Of a stretch of DNA of 64,000 nucleotides, positions 55,643-64,000 are shown piece by piece. How positions within the stretch are numbered: the first letter of the stretch is position 1; every line of letters begins with the position of its first letter. Source of the DNA: Candidatus Moraniibacteriota bacterium (GTDB lineage Bacteria > Patescibacteriota > Minisyncoccia > Moranbacterales > GCA-2747515); contig CALNYG010000013.1 in NCBI GenBank assembly GCA_942490825.1, positions 189,359 through 253,358 of the forward strand, written 5' to 3'. The position numbers and the translations under genes are program-made. Below the pieces are notes generated by a model. That model was given only the letters and a program-made list of their open reading frames with translations, searched no databases and was not told where the DNA came from.

Positions 55643-55681
55643 AAGAATTTTTATAAATAAATTTTGTGTTAAAATAAAACC

Positions 55682-57964
55682 ATGAAAATAATATCAATAC
55701 TATTTGGAAAAGTTGTTGGAATTGTAAAAAACGAAGGGTTAATTTCAGGATTATCAATGACTCTTCGAGGACTTTTTCAAATTTCAAAAATGATGATCGT
55801 GCGTCGAGGTGAAATTTTATTTGTCGCCTCTGGAGCCTCTGGAGCGAGTACATTGCACAGAGTTTTTCATATTGCAGAAGAATTACAAAATCAAAAATTT
55901 AAAGTTTCAGTGATTCATCAATCTAGTCCTTTTTTATTACAACAAGTAAATAAATTTCAAGTTTTTATTTTTCATCATGCGACTAAAACAGAGAAGATGG
56001 ACAAATTTATTTCAGAGTTAGAAAAAGAGAAAAAAACAATTATTTTTGAAACAGATGATTTGACTTTCAATAAAGAAATTTTTCAGGAGACAGATGCTTA
56101 TCAAAATTTTAACGAATTAGAAAAAAAACAGTACGAAGATAGTAATTTTTTACTAGAAAATCCAGCGGTTAAATTTGCGACAACCTCAACAAATTATTTG
56201 GCGAGACAGTTAGAAAAAAATGGAAAAGAAGTTTTTATAGTTCCGGATAAGGTTTCTGAAAAGGATTTGGTGGATGCTAAAAAGGCAATCGGGAATATTA
56301 AGAAAGATAATAGTAAAATTACAATCGGATATTTTAGTGGTTCGAAATCGCATGATCGAGACTTCACGGTAGTTTCGGATGTGCTTTTGCAAATTTTAGA
56401 AGAGAATAAAAATGTTCAATTGTATCTTGTGGGAGCATTAGAAATAGACAAAAAGTTTGAAAAATATAAAGATCAAATAGTTCGTAAATCTTTGGTTAAG
56501 CGGGAAAAATATTTTTACGAAATGGCACAAAGTGATATTACAATTGCACCGTTGGAGGTTGGTGATCCGTTTTGTGAATCGAAAGCTGAATTGAAATTTT
56601 TTGAATCAGCTATTGTTAAAATTCCGGTGGTGGTTAGTAATACGCAAACATTTCAAAATGCTATTCGTCAGGACGGTGAAGATGGTTTTATTGCGAGTAA
56701 TTCGGAAGAGTGGCATGAGAAATTAACTACTTTGATTAAAGATGAAAAACTGCGTGAGCAAATAGCAGGGAAAGCTTATAAGACAGCTTTGCAAAAATAT
56801 ACAACTTCTAGTGAAAATAAATCAGAATATTATAATTTTTTGAAAAATGCTATCGATAAAGTTGTTGATGTAAAATTGGCTGAGTCTCATTTACAGAAAA
56901 ATATTGATACAGCAATTGTAATTGCGAATTGGAATGGAAAACAGTATTTAGAACAGTGTTTGCAGTCTTTGAGGAAACAAACTGATCAAAATTTTCAAGT
57001 TACTGTTTTAGATAATGGATCAACAGATGGTTCGGTTGAATTTATAAAAGAAAATTATCCAGAAATTTCACTTGTTTGTTTAGCGAAAAATGCTGGGTTT
57101 GCACAACCTAATAATATTGCAATTAGAACAGCTTTATTAAATTTTAATATTAAATATGTAATTGCTTTAAATAATGATGCTGAGGCAACGGAAAATTACG
57201 TTAAGGAAATGCGATCGGCTATTCAGAAATATGAAGGTGGAGGTGTGGTAGCAATTCAGCCAAAATTAATGAATTTTTATGAAAAGGAAAAATTTGACGC
57301 GACAGGTATTTTAACAACTTTTGAATTTAGTGCGGTTAATCGTGGGCGTGGCGAAGTTGATGAGGGTCAATTTGATAAAATGGAAAAAGTTTTTGGTCCG
57401 AGTGCTAGTGCAGCATTGTATACTCGAGAACTTTTGGAGGAAATAGATTTATCTCGTGATGAATATTTTGATAAAGATTATTTTGCTTATTATGAAGATG
57501 TTGATTTAGCTTGGCGTTTGCATTTAGCCGGACATAAAACTATGTATGTGCCAGATACGTTACTTTATCATGTGCACAGTGCGACAGGCGTTAATTATTC
57601 GCCATTTAAGGCTTTTCACATTCATCGGAATCATTATTTTAATATTATTAAAAATGCACCCTTTTTGTATCTTTGGAAAGTTTTATTATTTATACCGATT
57701 CGCTATGCCTTGTTAGTTTTGAGTGTAGTGAAAGGAAATGGGGCTTCGGCAAAAATTGTTTTGGCTGATAAAGATAGGGTTGAAAAAGGTGATGGTGTAA
57801 TTAAGATTGTTTTTCGGTCTTGGTGGGAGGTTTTGATTAGTTTGCCAATGTTATTACGAAAGAGGAAAGTGATTCAAAAAAATCGTAAAATTTCTAATCA
57901 AGAATTTAAAAAGATTTTGAAAGACAACAAGGTTTCAATTTTTGATGTGATTTTTAGATCTTGA
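55682..57964 (+). CDS. two-domain glycosyltransferase (GT-B-like N-half fused to a GT2 C-half)
   Basis: N-half: GYFSGSKSHDRDF and ESKAELKFFESA. C-half: AIVIANWNG, VLDNGSTDGS, LNNDA, YYEDVDLAWR. Confidence 0.8.
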   Translation: MKIISILFGKVVGIVKNEGLISGLSMTLRGLFQISKMMIVRRGEILFVASGASGASTLHRVFHIAEELQNQKFKVSVIHQSSPFLLQQVNKFQVFIFHHATKTEKMDKFISELEKEKKTIIFETDDLTFNKEIFQETDAYQNFNELEKKQYEDSNFLLENPAVKFATTSTNYLARQLEKNGKEVFIVPDKVSEKDLVDAKKAIGNIKKDNSKITIGYFSGSKSHDRDFTVVSDVLLQILEENKNVQLYLVGALEIDKKFEKYKDQIVRKSLVKREKYFYEMAQSDITIAPLEVGDPFCESKAELKFFESAIVKIPVVVSNTQTFQNAIRQDGEDGFIASNSEEWHEKLTTLIKDEKLREQIAGKAYKTALQKYTTSSENKSEYYNFLKNAIDKVVDVKLAESHLQKNIDTAIVIANWNGKQYLEQCLQSLRKQTDQNFQVTVLDNGSTDGSVEFIKENYPEISLVCLAKNAGFAQPNNIAIRTALLNFNIKYVIALNNDAEATENYVKEMRSAIQKYEGGGVVAIQPKLMNFYEKEKFDATGILTTFEFSAVNRGRGEVDEGQFDKMEKVFGPSASAALYTRELLEEIDLSRDEYFDKDYFAYYEDVDLAWRLHLAGHKTMYVPDTLLYHVHSATGVNYSPFKAFHIHRNHYFNIIKNAPFLYLWKVLLFIPIRYALLVLSVVKGNGASAKIVLADKDRVEKGDGVIKIVFRSWWEVLISLPMLLRKRKVIQKNRKISNQEFKKILKDNKVSIFDVIFRS

Positions 57965-57992
57965 AAAATTTAAATGTTTTAAAATAAATTTT

Positions 57993-58334
57993 ATGTTAAT
58001 TAAAAAAGAGCATTCTCATAAAAAATCTAATTCGGATAATTGTATTGTTTGGGAATATGATTCTAAAAATGAAAATTATAACATAGCAACAGCCTTTATT
58101 GATGGTAGATATCCTGATGAAAAGAGGGTAGTTAATCTTGAAATTGAAGAAATATATTATGTTAGTTCTGGTTCGGCTATTATTCATTCAGAAAAAGGTG
58201 ACTTTAAAATAGAACAAGGAGATGTTTATTATTTTGAAAAAAATGAGAAGTTTTGGCTAGAGGCAAATAAATTATCTTTGGTGGTTATGTGTGTGCCAGC
58301 TTTCAGATTAGAACAACATAAAATTGTAGATTAA
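57993..58334 (+). CDS. cupin domain protein
   Basis: 113-aa beta-barrel-like sequence (EIYYVSSGSAIIHSEKGDFKIEQGDVYYF). Confidence 0.55.
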   Translation: MLIKKEHSHKKSNSDNCIVWEYDSKNENYNIATAFIDGRYPDEKRVVNLEIEEIYYVSSGSAIIHSEKGDFKIEQGDVYYFEKNEKFWLEANKLSLVVMCVPAFRLEQHKIVD

Positions 58335-58401
58335 TTTCTATTAATTTTTTAAAAATCTCTAAACATTCTTTTTTAATCTGTAAAAAATAAAATAAAAAAA
58401 T

Positions 58402-58848
58402 ATGAACAATGCAAAACCAGGGCGAGATTATATTGGAGTTGGAGCAGGCGTGATGATCTTAGATGAAAAAAAAGAAAAAATATTATTGATGAAAAGAGGT
58501 AAGGATTCTAAGAATGAAGTTGGTTATTGGTCAAAGCCAGGTGGTGCTATTGAATTTGGCGAAACAGCTATTGAATCCATGATAAGAGAAATGAAAGAAG
58601 AATTAAATATTGAAGTTGATATTTGGGGATATTTGCCACACACAGATCACATTATAAAAAGTGAAAATGAACACTGGGTTTCACCTAATTTAATTGGAAG
58701 TATTTCGAAAGATAATCCAGAAATTATGGAGTCACATAAATGTTCAGAAATAAAGTGGTTTAAATTAAATGAACTTCCAGATAAGCTTACACAAACAACT
58801 AAAGAGCCAGTGGAAGATTATTTGGCGGGGAGATTTATAGAATTATAG
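58402..58848 (+). CDS. NUDIX hydrolase
   Basis: Nudix box GGAIEFGETAIESMIREMKEELNI. Confidence 0.85.
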   Translation: MNNAKPGRDYIGVGAGVMILDEKKEKILLMKRGKDSKNEVGYWSKPGGAIEFGETAIESMIREMKEELNIEVDIWGYLPHTDHIIKSENEHWVSPNLIGSISKDNPEIMESHKCSEIKWFKLNELPDKLTQTTKEPVEDYLAGRFIEL

Positions 58849-58913
58849 TGTTATAATGATTAAATTAAGTTTGTAGTATTTTAAAGTATAAAATAATTTT
58901 TAAAAAATAAATT

Positions 58914-59873
58914 ATGAAATATTTAATAACAGGTGGTGCTGGATTTATTGGTTCAGCTACTGCTAAAGCGTTGATTAATCGAGGTGATACAGCTGTGCTT
59001 GTGGATAATTTTAATGATTATTATGAGCCTAAATTAAAGGAAGATCGAATTAAAATATTTTTAAAAGGACATGAAGATAGCTTCAAATTATATAAAGGTG
59101 ATATTCGTGATACAGAATTTTTAGAAGAAGTTTTTAGCAAGGAAAAACCTAATAAGGTTTTGCATTTGGCAGCAATGGCAGGAGTTAGATCATCTTTGGA
59201 AAATCCAATGTTATATGCAGATGTAAATGTTATGGGAACGATGAATATGCTTGAAATGGCGAGAAAATATAATGTTGAAAATTTTGTGTATGCTTCATCA
59301 TCATCAGTTTATGGAAATAATAAAAAGACTCCATTCGAAGAAACTGACAGAGTTGATCATCCAGTTTCTCCTTATGCTGCAACTAAAAAGGCTACTGAAC
59401 TTTTGGCGCATACTTATTCTTACTTATATGGTTTAAATACTTGCGGTTTGCGATATTTTACGGTTTATGGACCTTGGGGACGTCCAGATATGGGTGTTTT
59501 CAAATTTCCAGAAAGAATCATTAAAGATGAAATTATTGATGTTTATAACAATGGCGATATGCAGAGAAATTTTACATACATTGATGATATTGTTTCTGGG
59601 ACGATAACGGTTCTTGATGCTAATTTAAAATATGATGTGATGAACATTGGGGGTAGTAAGACAGTTAAATTGATGGATTTTATTGAAGCGGTAGAAAATT
59701 GTATTGGCAAAAAAGCGGAAAAAAATATGATGCCGATGCAACCAGGAGATGTTCAATCAACAGAAGCTGATATTTCTAAATTAAAAAAGTTAGGCTGGGA
59801 GCCAAAAATTAGTGTTGACGAGGGGATAAATAATTTTGTGGAGTGGCATAGGAAGTATTATAAAAATAAATAA
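58914..59873 (+). CDS. NAD-dependent nucleotide-sugar epimerase/dehydratase (UDP-glucuronate 4-epimerase-like)
   Basis: Rossmann motif GGAGFIGS, SSSSVYG, and catalytic YAATKKATE. Confidence 0.9.
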   Translation: MKYLITGGAGFIGSATAKALINRGDTAVLVDNFNDYYEPKLKEDRIKIFLKGHEDSFKLYKGDIRDTEFLEEVFSKEKPNKVLHLAAMAGVRSSLENPMLYADVNVMGTMNMLEMARKYNVENFVYASSSSVYGNNKKTPFEETDRVDHPVSPYAATKKATELLAHTYSYLYGLNTCGLRYFTVYGPWGRPDMGVFKFPERIIKDEIIDVYNNGDMQRNFTYIDDIVSGTITVLDANLKYDVMNIGGSKTVKLMDFIEAVENCIGKKAEKNMMPMQPGDVQSTEADISKLKKLGWEPKISVDEGINNFVEWHRKYYKNK

Positions 59874-59972
59874 CAAGTTGCAATATTGCTATATAATACT
59901 TGCGTCAAATCGTTTTTTGTGTTATTATATCCTAAATAGTTAAGGAGGTCTTTATTTATTCAATAATTTTTT

Positions 59973-60548
59973 ATGAAAAATAATAAGTTTATATTTTTAG
60001 GTTTGCTCATTTTTGTTATGATAGTTTTTTCTGGATGTAGTAAAAAGGAGGAGATTAAAGTAGCGGAGGATTTACAAGGAGAAGGTCAGTCTTTAGAAAA
60101 AAATGAAGAAGGACAGTCTTTAAAAGAAAATGAGAATATTCAATCAGAGAATCAAATGAAAGTTACTGATATGGAGAAAGATGTTATTGATATAGAAAAA
60201 AATGATAAGAACAGCAGTAGAGATTTAGAAAATTTAGAAGAGACGAAAAATGAAGAAAATAATCTAAAAGAAAACGATTCAACGTCTCAGATCGATACTA
60301 ATAAGCAAGATTCTTTGAAGGACTCAAATTATTCAAAAAAAGAAGTAAAAATAGATGAAGGAAATAAAGTTAATAATGATTGTTTAGAGTCAGGAGGTGT
60401 TTATAATTCAATAATGGAAAAATGTTACTACGATAGCGAATCTAATGATGATTCAACTGAAGGTAAAGAGACTGATGATCCTAAAGCTCAAAAATGTATT
60501 GATGAAGGAGGGGTATATAACAATATGGTAGAGGAGTGTTTTGAATAA
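59973..60548 (+). CDS. putative lipoprotein with an acidic linker and two C-terminal Cys-bracketed GGVYN motifs
   Basis: Lipobox VFSGC. CLESGGVYNSIMEKC and CIDEGGVYNNMVEEC. Confidence 0.55.
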   Translation: MKNNKFIFLGLLIFVMIVFSGCSKKEEIKVAEDLQGEGQSLEKNEEGQSLKENENIQSENQMKVTDMEKDVIDIEKNDKNSSRDLENLEETKNEENNLKENDSTSQIDTNKQDSLKDSNYSKKEVKIDEGNKVNNDCLESGGVYNSIMEKCYYDSESNDDSTEGKETDDPKAQKCIDEGGVYNNMVEECFE

Positions 60549-60670
60549 ATTTCAGAAATAGAGGACAGCGTTAAGTAATGTATTTTTATTTCAATAAATT
60601 ATTTTCAATTATTTATTGAAGACCTAATAGATGTATAATTGAAATCAAATAATCGATTCAAAATTAATTT

Positions 60671-61507
60671 ATGACAAGATATCTTGGTAGGTTATATTAT
60701 TTTATTTCCAGAAAACAACCTGCCTCAAATGAAATGTTACAAGAGTATCATCAAAATAAGAAATTAATTAATCAACCAATTGATTTAGAAGGTAATAATG
60801 ATAGTTGCGTTCTTTTAATTCATGGTTGGTCTTCAACATCTTATGAGATGCATCATTTAAGCCAGAAATTAAATTCTGAAGGTTTTTCTGTTTGTGTGCC
60901 ATTGTTGCCAGGTCATGGAACAAAATCTAGCGATTTGGAAAATATTATTTGGGAGGATTGGTATAATTGTGTTGAAAAAAAATATTTAGAATTGAAAAAA
61001 AAACATAAAAAAGTTTATGTTGGCGGTTGTTCTTTAGGTGGAAATTTAAGTATTCTTTTGGCTCAAAAATATGAATGTGTTTCGGGAGTTGTTTTATTGG
61101 GCACTCCTTTTAGAATGCAGAGAGAAAAAATGAATTTTGTAATTGCTAAATTCGTTAGTCAATTTAAAAAAAATATTAAAAAATCTTATCCGCTAAAAAT
61201 GAAAAAAATTTGTGGAATAATTAGATTGATTTCATATCAAGAGTACCCAATTAAAAGTGCTCTCGAGGTTCTTAAAGCTGTTCAAGCTTCTCGCAATAAT
61301 TTAAAATCAGTCAATCAGCCTATTTTAATTTTTCAATCAGATATTGATTATCTTTTAGATAGAGATAGTATTTATGAATTTTATAAAGCTATCAACTCTT
61401 CAAATAAAAAAATGAAATTGGTTCCGAATGCTTATCATAATTTTGTTTATGACAAAAAACACAGTGATGTTTATGATGAAATAACTAAATTCGTTAAAAG
61501 CTATTAA
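60671..61507 (+). CDS. alpha/beta hydrolase (esterase/lipase-like)
   Basis: LLIHGWSSTS and the nucleophile elbow GGCSLGG. Confidence 0.75.
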   Translation: MTRYLGRLYYFISRKQPASNEMLQEYHQNKKLINQPIDLEGNNDSCVLLIHGWSSTSYEMHHLSQKLNSEGFSVCVPLLPGHGTKSSDLENIIWEDWYNCVEKKYLELKKKHKKVYVGGCSLGGNLSILLAQKYECVSGVVLLGTPFRMQREKMNFVIAKFVSQFKKNIKKSYPLKMKKICGIIRLISYQEYPIKSALEVLKAVQASRNNLKSVNQPILIFQSDIDYLLDRDSIYEFYKAINSSNKKMKLVPNAYHNFVYDKKHSDVYDEITKFVKSY

Positions 61508-61509
61508 TA

Positions 61510-61914
61510 ATGAAAAAGCTGAAAAAATATAATAATTTTATATCTTACTCATTAATTGGTGTGGTTGGCACAACCTTAGATTCTTTAACTCTTTTTTCTT
61601 TGAATGAAAAAGGTGTTTATTATTTAATTGCGGGTACTATAGGTTTTTCTATTGGTGTAAGTATTAATTTTGTTTTAAATTCCTTTTTTAATTTTAAAGT
61701 TAAAGATAATTTAGTTCGACGTTTTCTTAATTACTATAGCGTCGGAGTTATTGGTTTGATTATAACTTCATTTATATTATACATCTTTGTTGATTTTTTT
61801 AGTTTTAGCTTGCTTTTGGCTAAATTAATAGCTATTATAAGTGTTTTATTTATACAATATAATTTAAATAAAAAAATTACTTTTTCAGATAGCTTTGTTA
61901 AGGTAAGTTTATAA
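61510..61914 (+). CDS. GtrA-like small membrane protein
   Basis: 134 aa with 4 TM helices. N-terminal YSLIGVVGTTLD pattern. Confidence 0.7.
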   Translation: MKKLKKYNNFISYSLIGVVGTTLDSLTLFSLNEKGVYYLIAGTIGFSIGVSINFVLNSFFNFKVKDNLVRRFLNYYSVGVIGLIITSFILYIFVDFFSFSLLLAKLIAIISVLFIQYNLNKKITFSDSFVKVSL

Positions 61915-62241
61915 TATTTTTTTAAAAATAGATTTTTGTTTCTATAAAAAAATGGCTCTACAATCTATTCGCAAAGTCTTGTTTAAAGTCTTACTTTTAG
62001 ATTGTGGAGTTTTCGGTTTACGTCTTCAGATAACAAGTTATTTATATATATTGTTAGTTTCAGCAGACTAGCCATCTTCATCAATTTTGTAGCTGGTAAT
62101 ATTGTTTTTAATAGATATTATTATCTTTCTTAAACTTTTGATTATATTGAATATAATTATTAAACACAATCCAACTCGTTTATGTTAGAATATAGAAAGA
62201 AACAAAAAAGCTGAGAGTCTTTTGATTATAATTTTAAATTT

Positions 62242-63399
62242 ATGAATATAGCAATTTTTACAAATAATTATTTACCAAATCCTTATGGAGTCAGTACTTC
62301 AGTTGATGGATTCCGAAAAGCCTTATTCAAAAAAGGTCATCAGGTTTATATCTTTGCACCACATTGGGAGGGAGACTATAAAGATGATGAAAATATTTTT
62401 CGCTACCCTTCAATTAATGTAAAAACCAAAGTGCCTTTTTCTTTGGTGGTGCCTTATTCTAAAAAAATAGATGAAATTATTGAAAATTTGGAAATAGATA
62501 TTATTCATTCACAACATCCAAATCTACTTGGGTTAGTTGCAAAAAATTGGTCTTTGAAAAAAAATGTTCCTTTAGTTTTTACATGGCATACTTTATATGA
62601 TAAATATGGTCATTATACACCAATAGTTCCAGATTTTATGGCGGGGAGTTGGGCCTTGAAAAATGCGATTGGATTTGCTGAAGACTGTGATCACATTATC
62701 ACACCTACTGATTCAGTAAAGGAGTTTATTCTGGCACAGGAAGTCGAAAATGAAAATATTAGTGTTGTACCGTCTGGCGTTGATGAAAAACTTTTTGCAA
62801 ACGCTGACGGAACTAAGATTAGAGAAAGATATAAAATAAAAGATAATCAAATTCTTTTGGTAAGTATTTCTCGTTTAACTGAAGAAAAAAATGTTGTATT
62901 TTTAGCAAAGAGTGTCTCAAAAGTTTTAAAGGATAATAAAAATGCATTTTTTATTTATGGTGGCGAAGGAGATTTGAAAGATGATTTAAAAGATATTTTT
63001 ATGATGGCAGGTGTAGAGGAACAAATTTTTCTTCCGGGAAAAATTAAACGGGAGGAAATAAAAAACTATTTAGATGTCAGTGATATTTTTGTTTATGCGT
63101 CAACATCAGAGACACAGGGAACTATTGTTACGGAAAATATGTATATTGGAAAGCCAATTGTTGCAGTTGAGGCAAGTGGTATAAAAGATTTAGTTATTAA
63201 TGAAAAGACAGGTATTTTAGTTGATGAAAATGAAGTTCAATTTTCTGAGGCAGTGGAGAGATTGATTGATAATGGTGATTTGAGAAAGAAAATGGGTGAG
63301 AATGCTAAAAAAGAAGCTTTGAAAAATTATACAATTGACGCTTGTGGCAAACAGTTGATTGAAGTTTATAAAAAAGTAATTGAAGACTTTAAAAAATAA
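62242..63399 (+). CDS. glycosyltransferase family 4 (GT-B)
   Basis: FVYASTSETQGTIVTENMYIGKPIVAVEASGIKDLV. Confidence 0.8.
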   Translation: MNIAIFTNNYLPNPYGVSTSVDGFRKALFKKGHQVYIFAPHWEGDYKDDENIFRYPSINVKTKVPFSLVVPYSKKIDEIIENLEIDIIHSQHPNLLGLVAKNWSLKKNVPLVFTWHTLYDKYGHYTPIVPDFMAGSWALKNAIGFAEDCDHIITPTDSVKEFILAQEVENENISVVPSGVDEKLFANADGTKIRERYKIKDNQILLVSISRLTEEKNVVFLAKSVSKVLKDNKNAFFIYGGEGDLKDDLKDIFMMAGVEEQIFLPGKIKREEIKNYLDVSDIFVYASTSETQGTIVTENMYIGKPIVAVEASGIKDLVINEKTGILVDENEVQFSEAVERLIDNGDLRKKMGENAKKEALKNYTIDACGKQLIEVYKKVIEDFKK

Positions 63400-63408
63400 A
63401 AATTTAAT

Positions 63409-63876
63409 ATGAAACAAATTATAATATCCTTGATTTTTATCGCAATCAGTTTTTCTGCTGGAGCTATTGGGTCATTGTTCACTTCTTCTGATAGTAATTG
63501 GTATAAAAATTTGATCAAACCATCTTTCAATCCGCCAGGTTGGGTTTTTGGTCCGGTGTGGACAACACTTTATATAATGATGGGAATTTCAGCTTATTTG
63601 ATTTGGCAGAAAAAAGACGATAATAATTTAGCGACTATTGCTTTAGTAATTTTCTTCATTCATTTGATTTTTAACACAACCTGGTCAATTGCATTTTTTG
63701 GTTTGCAAAATCCAGCTTTGGCTTTTGCAAATATAATAATTTTGTTGATTTTTATCATTACTTTAATTTTTGTTTTTTATAAAATTGATAAAACGGCTTG
63801 TTATTTATTAATCCCGTATTTACTTTGGGTGAGTTTTGCTACAGTTTTGAATTATTCAATTTGGCAACTAAATTAA
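63409..63876 (+). CDS. tspO: TspO/MBR family tryptophan-rich membrane protein
   Basis: 5 TM helices. WYKNLIKPSFNPPGWVFGPVWTTLY. Confidence 0.85.
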   Translation: MKQIIISLIFIAISFSAGAIGSLFTSSDSNWYKNLIKPSFNPPGWVFGPVWTTLYIMMGISAYLIWQKKDDNNLATIALVIFFIHLIFNTTWSIAFFGLQNPALAFANIIILLIFIITLIFVFYKIDKTACYLLIPYLLWVSFATVLNYSIWQLN

Positions 63877-63909
63877 TTTGTTGTGGTATAATTTAAAATA
63901 TTAGAAAAA

Positions 63910-63958
63910 CTTACTGAGATTGTCACGTCACTTCCTACGGTCATTCCTTGCAATGACG
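63910..63958 (-). repeat. degenerate repeat relative at the window end
   Basis: cttactgagattgtcacgtcacttcctacggtcattccttgcaatgacg. cttactgagat is the reverse complement of atctcagtaag at 30981-30991. Confidence 0.35.
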
Positions 63959-64000
63959 TACATTGCTTTAAAAATAAATTTAAAATAAAAAAATGGTTAC

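Noticed and set aside
59942-59949. AAGGAGG upstream of the lipoprotein gene at 59973 as a functional SD
   Set aside because: It lies about 24 nt from the ATG, and an in-frame TAA (59964-59966) blocks any upstream alternative start. It is probably fortuitous.

Overview
The window is an AT-rich, gene-dense bacterial chromosome segment. Its content suggests a small-genome Patescibacteria/CPR-like organism, which is an inference from content only.

Content supporting that inference:
- many GT2, GT4 and GT-C glycosyltransferases
- a SecDF fusion, MreB, an ECF-type sigma factor and a short F1Fo operon
- small GIY-YIG genes and abundant palindromic intergenic repeats

Layout:
- 0-8.6 kb: envelope genes (LCP, GT2, nitrilase-family hydrolase, MFS, S41 protease, DKNYY protein, mreB).
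- 8.6-14.7 kb, minus strand: F1Fo ATP synthase operon with no delta-subunit gene.
- 15.5-18.1 kb: two GT4 genes.
- 18.2-20.3 kb: a compact four-gene orphan cassette.
- 20.4-27.8 kb: secDF, a GIY-YIG repeat cassette, GT2, rpsB (frame-broken) and tsf.
- 27.9-28.7 kb: tRNA cluster Thr-Tyr-Thr-Trp with a MazG-like gene embedded in it.
- 29.8-33.2 kb: tsaD (frame-broken), ECF sigma, prmC.
- 34.7-40 kb: membrane-fusion protein plus RND efflux pair, split by an antisense orphan gene.
- 40.9-63.9 kb: a large glycosylation locus with six or seven GT-C-fold membrane transferases, metallophosphoesterase, transglutaminase-like protein, a GT4-GT2 fusion, cupin, Nudix, epimerase, GtrA, GT4 and TspO.

Most interesting signals:
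1. The 18.2-20.3 kb orphan cassette has its own divergent promoters, terminators, strong Shine-Dalgarno (SD) sites and flanking inverted repeats. Almost no other gene in the window has an SD.
2. A few other self-contained SD-bearing orphan genes show the same pattern.
3. A 60-nt modular palindromic repeat brackets the GIY-YIG gene (filled site) and also occurs as an empty site.
4. A GC-rich 20-mer recurs six times, always on the same strand.
5. SecD carries a parvulin-like insert.
6. The GT-C paralogue array is unusually dense.

No rRNA genes, CRISPR array, transposase or integrase were seen. All calls are made by eye from the sequence and ORF translations. No searches or computations were run.
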